From a virus (lineage: Duplodnaviria; Caudoviricetes): DNA of 55,121 nt. Of this stretch, positions 29,042 through 37,984 are shown in pieces. Below the pieces are notes generated by a model. The model saw nothing but the letters and a program-made list of their open reading frames with translations. It ran no database searches and was not told the DNA's origin. A program made the position numbers and the translations under genes. Position 1 is the first letter of the stretch; every line of letters starts with the position of its first letter. Location: IMG/VR virus record IMGVR_UViG_3300025305_000023, positions 1-55,121 of that record. One strand, 5' to 3'.

Positions 29042-30430
29042 ATGCCAAGCACCAACAACAACATCACAATTGAAATTACAGGAAACACCGCAGGCATGGC
29101 AACCGACTATGGATTGGTTGGTGCTAGTTTAGGAAGCGTACATGTTCCACTCTCAAAAATGGTATGGGGCGATACTGATTATGGTTATCGGGTAGACCTT
29201 TCCAACCCCCTACCAATACAATTTGCAGGACAAACAGGCCCAATTGAAATTAGTGGTAAGATTTCTGGTCAGACAAACGGCAACATGGCTGTTACTAATT
29301 ATGTTGACGGGTCAGCCATGCATTATATTGCAATTGCCGGGTCGACCAATGGATCTGATCCAGTTGGTGTGACCGGAACCGTTCAAGGCATTTATGATGG
29401 AATTCCAATAGAAGTAACTGGTAGCGTTAAATTCCTTGGTAGTATGGCATCAGATGCATATGGTAATAGTGCTGGTGTGAGAGGTATTCTTCTTCAGGGA
29501 ACCTCCGCAGGTGCAACCGCAACAGTTGCTGGTGAAGTGTTCCCAGGATATGGATTCGGTGTTCCAATTGCAATTACCGGAGGCAGAAGATTAAGTTCTA
29601 CAACCGATACCATTGAAGTGACTGGTTCTGTTAATGTTCTTGGGGACCGCGAACTTACCGCATCTACTGATGCAGTTTCTGTATATGGCTTTGATGGAAG
29701 TTCTGTTATTCGTACAAGTATACACACTGGTCCTGATGGTGTAACAGCAGGTTTCTCAGGAGATGCACTTAAAGTCGCTATTGTAAATGCAGCAGAAGGT
29801 ATTACATTTAGCGTGAGTGTACAAGCAGTAACCGGCGTTACAAATGCAAGCGAACCCCCACTAAGGGTTCAAGGATATACTGCCAGTGCGCAGTGTGATC
29901 CAGTAATTGTCAGAGGCGAAAATAGTGGTGCAATGGAGGTCATTTCAACTAGTGGATTGGTTACCACTATATCTGGAACAGTGACTATTGATGATACAAA
30001 TATAGTTTCATCCTTAGAAAATGAGGGAAAACCTCTCATCACTAAACTTAAAGATATTAAGAGCGGAACTGATAATATCCTTGATATTAAAAATGAACTA
30101 GAGAGTGGTAAGGGAATAAAGGCAGTAATATCATCCATTACTAAACCAACTATATTGCGATCTGGTTCTAAAACATGGTATGCGCCGGTTGCAAGTCAAC
30201 TTCATGTTAATGCTGAATTATCGTCTGGTGTTACTATTAAACTTTCACCGAGCAGCCCAATAAATGTATTAATCGGAAGCCGAACCTTAGTAAACAATGA
30301 TAATAATGGATATTTATTAGAACCAGGAGAATCAATCTACTTGGAAATAAACAACATAAACAAAATTTATGTCAAACCCGACACAAACGTTATTGACCTG
30401 GCAGCAACAGTATATTACTTAGGAAGTTAA
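29042..30430 (+). CDS. Hypothetical virion structural protein
   Basis: G/T/V-rich beta-type sequence with many G-x-T motifs shared with tail proteins; C-terminal 'NGYLLEPGESIYLEINN...IYV'. Confidence 0.5.
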   Translation: MPSTNNNITIEITGNTAGMATDYGLVGASLGSVHVPLSKMVWGDTDYGYRVDLSNPLPIQFAGQTGPIEISGKISGQTNGNMAVTNYVDGSAMHYIAIAGSTNGSDPVGVTGTVQGIYDGIPIEVTGSVKFLGSMASDAYGNSAGVRGILLQGTSAGATATVAGEVFPGYGFGVPIAITGGRRLSSTTDTIEVTGSVNVLGDRELTASTDAVSVYGFDGSSVIRTSIHTGPDGVTAGFSGDALKVAIVNAAEGITFSVSVQAVTGVTNASEPPLRVQGYTASAQCDPVIVRGENSGAMEVISTSGLVTTISGTVTIDDTNIVSSLENEGKPLITKLKDIKSGTDNILDIKNELESGKGIKAVISSITKPTILRSGSKTWYAPVASQLHVNAELSSGVTIKLSPSSPINVLIGSRTLVNNDNNGYLLEPGESIYLEINNINKIYVKPDTNVIDLAATVYYLGS

Positions 30431-30436
30431 TTTTTT

Positions 30437-32371
30437 GTGTCTTTACGTCCATCAGCATCTAAATTAAAATCAAAAAGTGCTGGAATTATTCGTGATGTTC
30501 CAGGAGCAAACAACTATTTTATGGCTCTTGATTTTGCTATAAGTAAACAATCATACACTGACACGACAGAAATACTAACAACAAGTGCAACTGTAATCGT
30601 AAAAGGCGAGCATGTGTTATTAGATTATAGTCACCTAGATCCACATACAAATAAAACTGACATAGATGAGATTAGATATTTCTTTGAATCGACCGTTAGT
30701 AAAGATGATACAATCACACTAAGTAATGGTGAATATTTAAATGAAGCAACTGGTGATAAGACCATTTATGATATAAGTGGCACCATAACATTCAAAAAAT
30801 TTGATGTGAACAACATGATAATATATGCTGAAAAAGTTTCTATGGACAACCCAAGTTCAACATATTACATTTATGATCACAAATTCTTCTTATCTCCGCT
30901 AACATGGACAACTTCATCTTCGGTTGATACTACAACTGTCGATTCTGTTAATCAAATCATCAACATATTTCCACCATCATCTAACAACTCATTCCGTAAT
31001 TCATTTGGTTCTATATTCGCTGGTGATATAATTGAACTGAAAATTGATAACAAGGTATATAAATTCACAATAGAAAGTTACGATTCAAGAGAAACTGGCA
31101 CAATAGGTGAAATATTAAATGTTAAAGAAAGCATTCCAACCGAAATTTTAAATACTAATTTTGTTGGAACTAAAATATGGAGTCGCCTTAGAAGAAGAAC
31201 TACCTCTTCCCCAAAAGCAACAGATCCTTCAAAAACGATAAAATCAAGACCAAGACTTATGCCGGGTGTAGCAAGTGCAGGACTCGGTTTACCGGGTGTA
31301 GCAGGTGCAGGACTAATTGATGCAGTAGGGGGTATGTTTACCTCCCAGGGTATAGGCGGATGTTGCTGTTCAGGGCTTTGTCTTAATGGTTCTGAAACTG
31401 ACTGTGCTGAGTGTGGGGGTACATGGTGCCCGAAGAAATGCGATGACCAACCCGGAGGCGGCATCAATAGTAAATGTGAAGGGTCGTATAATGATCCTGA
31501 CCAGGAAGATTGGTTCTGCTGGAAGGCTGAGAAGGATGCTACTCAAGCGGCGACTCGCCCAATCGTACCTATCCAGCGTAATGCTGCGCAGCGTAATGCT
31601 GCCAGGCAAGAAGTAGAAGACACGACCGAGGCGATGATGCGAACATCTGGTTCAAATCGTAGACAACAAACTTCAAATACAAACATTTCTGCTATTGCAA
31701 CAGCAAAAAGAAAACACATGATATCTGGTTCCCCCACAATTTATGTAAAAATAGAATTAGATAAAGGAGGCAACGAAGTATATACTTTTAAACACACAGG
31801 ATCACCAAAAGGTAAACAAAGCGACACACTTACACTTGAAACCAACAAGACTTATAAATTTATACAATCTCATAGGTCAAATGGTGTTGCTGGTTTTACT
31901 AATCGTGACCATCCATTAAGTATTGGAAGTTGTGTGGGTGGTCAGAACACCAACCAAAGAAATATGAGTGATGATTGTGAAATGAAACATCTCATAACAA
32001 GATCAGGTAGGAATCCCGGATTGGGTGGTTCTTATTTTTACTTTGGTCCGGTTCCATTTTCAAAATCACTTCACGCTTTTCATGCCGGTCACGGTGGAAT
32101 GGACGCACAAATTATAGTTACTAGTAGTAGTGCTAGTACTCGCGCATCAACACCACCACTACGTTCATTTGGTCCACCACCTGTGGGTGCAGGACTCAGT
32201 GATGAAGAAGGTGTGCCTGTGGATGATACTCAAGCGGCGACTCGCCCAATCGTACCTATCCAGCGTACCGCTACCAGAACACAGAATCAGATGAGGGATC
32301 CGAATAGATCAATTAATCCTGTAAAAACACAGAATCAGATGCGGGATCAATCTCCAAGAGGAACTTATTAA
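30437..32371 (+). CDS. Hypothetical (probably virion) protein with Cys-rich cassette and internal duplications
   Basis: 644-aa ORF; 'GGCCCSGLC...DCAECGGTWCP'; 'TQAATRPIVPIQR' twice. Confidence 0.6.
   Translation: MSLRPSASKLKSKSAGIIRDVPGANNYFMALDFAISKQSYTDTTEILTTSATVIVKGEHVLLDYSHLDPHTNKTDIDEIRYFFESTVSKDDTITLSNGEYLNEATGDKTIYDISGTITFKKFDVNNMIIYAEKVSMDNPSSTYYIYDHKFFLSPLTWTTSSSVDTTTVDSVNQIINIFPPSSNNSFRNSFGSIFAGDIIELKIDNKVYKFTIESYDSRETGTIGEILNVKESIPTEILNTNFVGTKIWSRLRRRTTSSPKATDPSKTIKSRPRLMPGVASAGLGLPGVAGAGLIDAVGGMFTSQGIGGCCCSGLCLNGSETDCAECGGTWCPKKCDDQPGGGINSKCEGSYNDPDQEDWFCWKAEKDATQAATRPIVPIQRNAAQRNAARQEVEDTTEAMMRTSGSNRRQQTSNTNISAIATAKRKHMISGSPTIYVKIELDKGGNEVYTFKHTGSPKGKQSDTLTLETNKTYKFIQSHRSNGVAGFTNRDHPLSIGSCVGGQNTNQRNMSDDCEMKHLITRSGRNPGLGGSYFYFGPVPFSKSLHAFHAGHGGMDAQIIVTSSSASTRASTPPLRSFGPPPVGAGLSDEEGVPVDDTQAATRPIVPIQRTATRTQNQMRDPNRSINPVKTQNQMRDQSPRGTY
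31534..32267 (+). repeat. 47-bp direct repeat pair (31534-31580, 32221-32267)
   Basis: ggatg[c/a]tactcaagcggcgactcgcccaatcgtacctatccagcgta, 46/47 identical. Confidence 0.9.
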
Positions 32372-32501
32372 TAATAGATTCTGCAACCCATTCCTTAGAA
32401 CCATCTTCATATTGAATCTCTACTTGAGAATCTTTTGATTCTGTAATAATTCCAGTTTTATATGATTCTTTGTTTACTACTTTTTCGCCAACATTATACA
32501 T
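32313..32501 (-). CDS. Small SH3/KOW-like hypothetical protein
   Basis: 'YNVGEKVVNK....TGIITE....VEIQYEDG'; SD aggag upstream; 3' end overlaps the 644-aa gene. Confidence 0.6.
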   Translation of the reverse strand: MYNVGEKVVNKESYKTGIITESKDSQVEIQYEDGSKEWVAESIINKFLLEIDPASDSVFLQD

Positions 32502-32540
32502 CCATACACTCCTATAGTTTTATTAGACCGCCGTAATATA

Positions 32541-33071
32541 TTATATATTATCAATTGGGATTATGTAATGTTCATGTGTGTGTAGGTTTACTTTACCGCG
32601 TGTTGGTTTACCATACCAATATAAAAGTTCTTGACTATTATCTATATCCCTTGTTGTACTAACTTCTACACATCGAGTTTTTAAATTTATTTTCATTTCC
32701 ACATTAGATTCTTCTTTAGTCGCAGAATTATTATATAATTGAACACATCCACTAGACATTATATATTTATCTTCACCCCCGTAGTGTATCCTACTGCTAA
32801 AATCAAACTGCTGCTGCTTACATTTTTTGTCCCCACTTAAACATTTTATAGAAACACAATGTTCACGGATGCTGCGACACACCGTTTTGTCTTTGATCTT
32901 GTAGTTAGTTATTATAAATGGGGCCTTTTCAATCAATGTACCTTTTGATATATCAGTTGTCGCAAACACACCATATCCATGTAGTTGACTTTTGCCAACA
33001 TAAATTTTTGTTGATGTTGGAATTATGTTACAGTATTCTATTTGTTCACCCAATTGACTTTTTTTATTCAT
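32541..33071 (-). CDS. SET-domain protein (putative lysine methyltransferase)
   Basis: 'KSQLHGYGVFATTDISKGTLIE...YNNS...NV...TTRDI...ELLYWYG'. Confidence 0.8.
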   Translation of the reverse strand: MNKKSQLGEQIEYCNIIPTSTKIYVGKSQLHGYGVFATTDISKGTLIEKAPFIITNYKIKDKTVCRSIREHCVSIKCLSGDKKCKQQQFDFSSRIHYGGEDKYIMSSGCVQLYNNSATKEESNVEMKINLKTRCVEVSTTRDIDNSQELLYWYGKPTRGKVNLHTHEHYIIPIDNI

Positions 33072-33114
33072 GTGTGTTTTTCATCCCACCATTTGCAATA
33101 TACCAAACACCGAA

Positions 33115-33188
33115 CACGCCTGGCAGGACTTGAACCTGCAATCTACGGCTTAGAAGGCCGTTGCATTGTCCGATTATGCTACAGGCGC
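33115..33188 (-). tRNA. tRNA-Arg(TCT)
   Basis: Cloverleaf GCGCCTG..ACGGC-CTTCTAA-GCCGT..GCAGG-TTCAAGT-CCTGC-CAGGCGT; no encoded CCA. Confidence 0.95.
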
Positions 33189-33193
33189 ATAAG

Positions 33194-33278
33194 TACGAGC
33201 GGTGGGACTCGAACCCACATGTCCAAACCGGACAACGGATTTTAAGTCCGTCGCGTATGCCAATTCCGCCACGCTCGC
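33194..33278 (-). tRNA. tRNA-Leu(TAA)
   Basis: GCGAGCG..ACGGA-CTTAAAA-TCCGT, long variable arm, GTGGG-TTCGAGT-CCCAC. Confidence 0.95.
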
Positions 33279-33285
33279 TTTCACT

Positions 33286-33573
33286 CTACACTTCCTCTAA
33301 ATTCACTTTAAAGATATAACTATCACCCGACTCATGCAGATGACCACTGATACCAGTCTCCCGAACAGCAGACATAAACTCTTCATATTCTATCTGAGTC
33401 CATGTTCCACCAAGGTCTAAGTCCTTCGGGTTGTTATAGAAAAAATCTTCGTCACCCACAGCATCTTCAAACCTATCTCGGGCAGACTCAAACCTATCAG
33501 GAGTTTCCCAAATCCAGTACTGAAATCCATATTCTTCTTCAATTGGAATTCTTGTCATTACTATATTTCCCAT
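33286..33573 (-). CDS. Hypothetical protein
   Basis: Packed in the minus-strand operon. Confidence 0.6.
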   Translation of the reverse strand: MGNIVMTRIPIEEEYGFQYWIWETPDRFESARDRFEDAVGDEDFFYNNPKDLDLGGTWTQIEYEEFMSAVRETGISGHLHESGDSYIFKVNLEEV

Positions 33574-33785
33574 TTTTCAGATATATCTCCACCGAATAAT
33601 TTACCAACCAAATACTCGGCAAACTGTTCCTTATAACTCTCCCACAACTCTGATTCTTCATGTGTTAACATACGATACTTGTTATAGAAGGCATTTTCAA
33701 GTTTTAATTCTATGTATTCAGACAAAGGAGCAAACATTACTCCTCCTTTCACATCACAACAGATATTCGTTATAGTCTCTCCCAT
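33561..33785 (-). CDS. Hypothetical protein
   Basis: Packed in the minus-strand operon. Confidence 0.5.
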   Translation of the reverse strand: MGETITNICCDVKGGVMFAPLSEYIELKLENAFYNKYRMLTHEESELWESYKEQFAEYLVGKLFGGDISEKWEI

Positions 33786-33942
33786 AACGTTCTAGTCTGT
33801 CCCTAACGCTCATCTCACGGAGATTCACCACAGGGTCTTCTCCGTAAACATCAATACGCTCTTCTTCTGTCATATCAAACAGAGAAGTATCAAATTCCAC
33901 TTGCGAATCTAACGATTCTGCCCATTTTTCAAACATACTCAT
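33754..33942 (-). CDS. Hypothetical acidic protein
   Basis: ATGA overlap with the upstream gene. Confidence 0.6.
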   Translation of the reverse strand: MSMFEKWAESLDSQVEFDTSLFDMTEEERIDVYGEDPVVNLREMSVRDRLERYGRDYNEYLL

Positions 33943-34475
33943 CTGTTTTTTTCTCCAACTTTGATTTGTTTACCAACAATAAATGATTTGCCACCAATTT
34001 GAGTACCAAAATCTCTTTTTGCTTTTCTAGATTTCACATCACCGACACCATAACCACCTACTCTTTGAATTTCGCCCTTTTTGATACTACCAGAAGCACC
34101 AGTGCCATGAAAATTAGAACCGGTCTTCTTGGACACGGTAAGAATCGAGTCTTGATCGTATTTCATACCCAATTTCATAATGTCCTTCTTCAATTTTCCG
34201 AAATTATTAGCAACTACCATGAATGTCTTTTCTTTTACCTTGATTTTCTTGCCTTTATGGTCTTCAATATATTCACCGCTAACAGGAACCGCTGTGTTAC
34301 CAGATTTTTTAATGTCTGTTCTCAACTCTTTTGCTCGTTTCTTATTTTCTGATGGTTTTAAGTCGCCCCGATGAGCAGAAATGAATGCAACAGATCTACC
34401 TTTTTCAATATGTGTGTAAAGGCGACTCAGTGAGCGTGATGCTGCTTCGGATAGAAAAGACTTAAAACTTAACAT
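33939..34475 (-). CDS. Putative internal head protein (capsid-targeting-like N-terminus)
   Basis: MLSFKSFLSE start; late-like CCTAAATA at 34494-34501; basic; 'FISAHRG...ENKKR...KYDQDSIL' conserved phage motif. Confidence 0.6.
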   Translation of the reverse strand: MLSFKSFLSEAASRSLSRLYTHIEKGRSVAFISAHRGDLKPSENKKRAKELRTDIKKSGNTAVPVSGEYIEDHKGKKIKVKEKTFMVVANNFGKLKKDIMKLGMKYDQDSILTVSKKTGSNFHGTGASGSIKKGEIQRVGGYGVGDVKSRKAKRDFGTQIGGKSFIVGKQIKVGEKNR

Positions 34476-34496
34476 GATGCGATTCCTTTTTATTAT

Positions 34497-34646
34497 TTAG
34501 GATTCGTTGGATTTACCCTGTTCTTCCATGTATTCGTCAAACACCTTGTCGGGATCAACTGATGATGGCGGCCAGACCAACTCATCCCGCCTGTCATCCC
34601 AAACAAGATAGCCCTTTTCTTCTAACCAAATGCTGTAATCTTTCAT
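34497..34646 (-). CDS. Hypothetical 49-aa protein
   Basis: MKDYSIWLEEKGYLVWDDRRDELVW...; fills the gap exactly. Confidence 0.55.
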   Translation of the reverse strand: MKDYSIWLEEKGYLVWDDRRDELVWPPSSVDPDKVFDEYMEEQGKSNES

Positions 34647-34647
34647 T

Positions 34648-35163
34648 TTACCCATTGTTCAATTCCTGAATTTCCTTCATCAAACCATCAACATGATGAC
34701 TCATATTACAACGAATAACATCATCCGTTATACATGTATCATAACAGATATCCCACGCTGAGTCAACACCTTTTAGGACAGCAACCTCATAGTGACATTT
34801 TCCACCATCAGGCAGTTTAAACACAACAGAAACGCCGTAGCCATTCTTAAAGAACAACTTCGCCTGTTGATGTCCATAAATCTGTCCTTTCAAATCACCC
34901 ACATCCTCAAAAACCAAATCATCAAAACTCATAGTTGAACCATAATCCTGTTCCATCATTCTGTTTCGTCTGTAACCATCTGCTAACATCGTGTTCCACC
35001 GTGGTCGCATCTCTTTCGGGTCATCCGCCTCTGCAATAACTGTGCCAGCAATTCCAGAAGTAGGACCATCACCCATATGCACAACCATACCATCCTTGCA
35101 TGTCATAGAGAACGTATAGTGGTCCTGTCCGTTCGTCAATACCCAAATTCTTTCATCAATCAT
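34648..35163 (-). CDS. AR-xx-W-motif paralogue fused to a conserved phage domain
   Basis: 'EMRPRWNTMLADGYRR' then 'FKNGYGVSVV...YEVAVL...YDTCITDDV'; start trimmed to MIDER. Confidence 0.65.
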   Translation of the reverse strand: MIDERIWVLTNGQDHYTFSMTCKDGMVVHMGDGPTSGIAGTVIAEADDPKEMRPRWNTMLADGYRRNRMMEQDYGSTMSFDDLVFEDVGDLKGQIYGHQQAKLFFKNGYGVSVVFKLPDGGKCHYEVAVLKGVDSAWDICYDTCITDDVIRCNMSHHVDGLMKEIQELNNG

Positions 35164-35164
35164 G

Positions 35165-35560
35165 TTATGCTTCCAATGCGTAGTTAGATGTTCGTCTTGG
35201 TGTCTTGCCCCACCCACTGTCCGGATGATTGGGTTGAACCTTCCGTGGTGGCACAGAGTCATCCCTAATCCACATGTGACTCGGGCGGATCAGGCTGTCC
35301 CACAAGTGTCGTGCCTGTTCGTAGGTCTTGTATTCTTTGTTGTTGACGTATTTCTCCACACCAGAATGCTCCTGAGCGTTCACCCAACACACAAGGACTC
35401 CACTGCTTTCAGGGAAGAACAAAATGCGGTTATAATCTGCACGGGGATTCCGAAGACCATACATCTTCAAACTAAGTTTACTTTCTCTTGGTTTCTCCCA
35501 CCAATAATCAGTGCTAGCATTCCAAGGTTGGTTGGTGTTTGGGTTGATTCCGTAATTCAT
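35165..35560 (-). CDS. AR-xx-W-motif paralogue
   Basis: 'EQARHLWDSL'; start trimmed to MNYGI. Confidence 0.6.
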   Translation of the reverse strand: MNYGINPNTNQPWNASTDYWWEKPRESKLSLKMYGLRNPRADYNRILFFPESSGVLVCWVNAQEHSGVEKYVNNKEYKTYEQARHLWDSLIRPSHMWIRDDSVPPRKVQPNHPDSGWGKTPRRTSNYALEA

Positions 35561-35784
35561 TATACCTTTTTCTTCCATCCCTCTTTTATAAGGTAATTCC
35601 ATCGCATTCGTGCTGACAACTTGTTCATCCACGTTCCAGAATCGTTGATCACCACTTTGTCCTCATCACGAAACACAACAAATTTAGAAACGACATTTTC
35701 ATTCCCATGCTGAAGATAATATGTGTCTGTATCTGTGGACAATTCACTCCACTGGTGTCCGCCTAATACGTCATCTGGTTTCAA
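35560..35784 (-). CDS. AR-xx-W-motif paralogue (DUF1651/WGR-like)
   Basis: 'SARMRWNYLIKEGWKK'; probable TTG start overlapping the upstream stop. Confidence 0.65.
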   Translation of the reverse strand: MKPDDVLGGHQWSELSTDTDTYYLQHGNENVVSKFVVFRDEDKVVINDSGTWMNKLSARMRWNYLIKEGWKKKV

Positions 35785-36137
35785 AACACACCTTCCTTCC
35801 ACATGCGATCTGTAATAGAATACTGCAAATGTTTTGCTTCTGCTTCTCCATCACCATCCCATTCGCCAGTTTCCCATTGCTTGATGTGGACAAATTCGTG
35901 AACGATGGTCGCAACGAAATCCCTTAGACACTGCTTGGGGTTCACAGAGATCTCGTATGTGGCGTCTTCTGTCGCATCACGCTCTCCACACTCACCCCAA
36001 CAATCTAGATCGGGGTTGATATCAATGACCACCTTCTTCACATCTTTCAATGTAAAGAATTCAGAAAGCCATTGTCCTGCAATCTCTGCAACACCTTGCA
36101 AATCTTTGTGAACGTATTTTGAAACAACGTAGGTCAA
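35781..36137 (-). CDS. HExxH zinc metallopeptidase-like protein
   Basis: 'ATIVHEFVHIKQW...EAEA'; probable TTG start at 36137. Confidence 0.7.
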   Translation of the reverse strand: MTYVVSKYVHKDLQGVAEIAGQWLSEFFTLKDVKKVVIDINPDLDCWGECGERDATEDATYEISVNPKQCLRDFVATIVHEFVHIKQWETGEWDGDGEAEAKHLQYSITDRMWKEGVF

Positions 36138-36139
36138 TA

Positions 36140-36556
36140 TTATGCTACCTGTCTTTTGTAACCTTTGTCCACCAACTTGTTCCACAGGGTCCGTGCTTTC
36201 GCTGGAGGATAATATCCGTTTACATACTCGTCTTGCCACACATCATCGTTGTGGAATATTTGGATGTTGTGTGGGTCATGCGTTCGGAACTTCCAAGTAT
36301 CCTTGCTCGGCGGATTGCCCGCGTTCGGACGGTGACGAATCAATACCCACGAAGTAACAGTGAACAACCCATGATCCTTGCTGATTTGCTTTTGGAGAGA
36401 AGAGTTCCGATTTTCCTGAATCAACGCACGATAAAATGCTTCAATCTTTTCAGGTTTCGTCATTTTCCTATAACGAGCATTCAACTGCTCATCCGTCATG
36501 GACGTAACGCGGCCGAGTTCGTGGTTAAACGTATCGATATTCTGCCAACTTGTCAT
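36140..36556 (-). CDS. AR-xx-W-motif paralogue
   Basis: 'KARTLWNKLVDKGYKR'. Confidence 0.7.
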   Translation of the reverse strand: MTSWQNIDTFNHELGRVTSMTDEQLNARYRKMTKPEKIEAFYRALIQENRNSSLQKQISKDHGLFTVTSWVLIRHRPNAGNPPSKDTWKFRTHDPHNIQIFHNDDVWQDEYVNGYYPPAKARTLWNKLVDKGYKRQVA

Positions 36557-37158
36557 TATTGTTCCAATCCTTGTCTTTGGAGCGTAGAGAGATTATCCCA
36601 TACTTCACGCGCCTTGTCTAGTGTGTACCAGTTACGCACGGTGAATTTTGGGTTTTGATCCCGTGGCGAAAATGACGCAACATCAAGATCTGACCACACA
36701 TAAAAAGTACCAATCTTTGTGCCTCTGAGAACACATGGATGCTCAGTAGCAGTAGAATTCGATATTGCTTCTAGCAACCCTTCGCTTTCTGTCACATCCC
36801 CGTACTGTCTTGCGATCATCTTGTTGTCGTTCAACCATTCAAGCGTGGTAAGACCGTTGCACATATCATCACGATAATCATCGTCGCTATTTTTCGGGTC
36901 GAAGATGTTGACGATTGCAGGGATGTTCGGTCCCAATTTCTGATCGAGCATGTGTGCTGGCATCCACCAGTAACCACTCTTGAATACTGTTCTGGAGTAA
37001 CCATTCCTACCATTCTTATCAGGACACCATCGACCGCCAATGTCCTTCACGAAGTCTTTCTCTTCGTAGTGGACGTTTAGGCGAAGACCCTCTGCGAAAC
37101 ATTGTTTCGTCCAAGGGGTGTAGTTATCACGCCAGACTCGTAGTTCGTTTTTTCTCAT
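36556..37158 (-). CDS. DUF5710-like N-terminus plus AR-xx-W-motif C-terminus
   Basis: 'LNVHYEEKDFVKDIGGRW' and 'KAREVWDNL'. Confidence 0.65.
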   Translation of the reverse strand: MRKNELRVWRDNYTPWTKQCFAEGLRLNVHYEEKDFVKDIGGRWCPDKNGRNGYSRTVFKSGYWWMPAHMLDQKLGPNIPAIVNIFDPKNSDDDYRDDMCNGLTTLEWLNDNKMIARQYGDVTESEGLLEAISNSTATEHPCVLRGTKIGTFYVWSDLDVASFSPRDQNPKFTVRNWYTLDKAREVWDNLSTLQRQGLEQ

Positions 37159-37352
37159 TTTGTGATGTAACCCATGTTGTTATATTTCGTCCAGATATCC
37201 CGTGCTTCCGATATCGAACATTTTCTCTGACCGCTGGTGCCTGTGTTTTCTGCGTTGGTGAAAATCTCGGCACGATCATCGCCCTTGAACACATAGAAGG
37301 AGATGGTTTCCCCGTCTTTGTATATGTGAAATCTGTCTGGTAGGTTGCTCAC
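37155..37352 (-). CDS. AR-xx-W-motif paralogue
   Basis: 'EARDIWTKYNNMGY'; GTGA/ATGA overlaps. Confidence 0.65.
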   Translation of the reverse strand: MSNLPDRFHIYKDGETISFYVFKGDDRAEIFTNAENTGTSGQRKCSISEARDIWTKYNNMGYITK

Positions 37353-37615
37353 GAAATCATCTCCACGGACACGTTCTCAGTGCCGCACTTTTTCTGCAAC
37401 TCGTTCAAACGCTCAAATGCGAGAGAACGAATCTGGGTATCGGTCATTCCACCATATGTGTCATTACGCGCAATAGGCGGAAACAGCGCACGAATGCTGA
37501 CTGTCTCGCCGTTCCCTTGCGTGAATGGGTAGACGAACCAACAGTAGGAACCGTAGGTATCGGGGTCGCGGGGGGGGATTGGGTTCTTGAACCCGTGTGA
37601 GGGTGTCTTGCTCAT
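37349..37615 (-). CDS. First gene of an early operon (leaderless), hypothetical
   Basis: ATG 6 nt downstream of TATAAT; MSKTPSHG... Confidence 0.65.
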   Translation of the reverse strand: MSKTPSHGFKNPIPPRDPDTYGSYCWFVYPFTQGNGETVSIRALFPPIARNDTYGGMTDTQIRSLAFERLNELQKKCGTENVSVEMIS

Positions 37616-37621
37616 ATGTAT

Positions 37622-37650
37622 ATTATACCAGAAATCCACCCCGGCGTCAA
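37622..37650 (-). promoter_or_regulatory. Strong sigma70-type early promoter
   Basis: TTGACG-17bp-TATAAT. Confidence 0.85.
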
Positions 37651-37702
37651 GAAGTAGGGTTGTATTTTCGGGGTTTGTTAGGGTAATTGGAGGATTTAGG
37701 GG

Positions 37703-37735
37703 TTCATAAGTGCTTGAAAAACAAGGATTTATGAA
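37703..37735. promoter_or_regulatory. Imperfect palindrome upstream of the early promoter
   Basis: TTCATAAGTGCTTG-AAAAA-CAAGGATTTATGAA; related site at 52299-52323. Confidence 0.55.
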
Positions 37736-37835
37736 AATTTCACTTTTCAGGAAGATTCTTGCAATTTTCTGTACATGGGGGGTATCTGGGCAAGACTCTC
37801 CTTTTCATTCTTTTTATTATAATAAAATTTATAGT

Positions 37836-37970
37836 TTACCGAAGTCTTTTCCCGTTTCCACACTTTGAGGTTCGTGCTGCAACATTTCCTTTTTTTGTTT
37901 TACTATTTCGAGGAGAACCCACCTTGATTCGGTTTGCAACTGCTGGATCATATGCTTTTCGTTTTGTCAT
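37836..37970 (-). CDS. Small basic hypothetical protein (44 aa)
   Basis: MTKRKAYDPAVANRIKVGSPRNSKTKKG...; follows the Sm-like gene. Confidence 0.5.
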   Translation of the reverse strand: MTKRKAYDPAVANRIKVGSPRNSKTKKGNVAARTSKCGNGKRLR

Positions 37971-37984
37971 TTTATATTATTCCA

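Noticed and set aside
31304-32267. Repeat pair as a DGR template/variable repeat
   Set aside because: Too short, some mismatches are at non-adenine positions, and there is no reverse transcriptase in the window.
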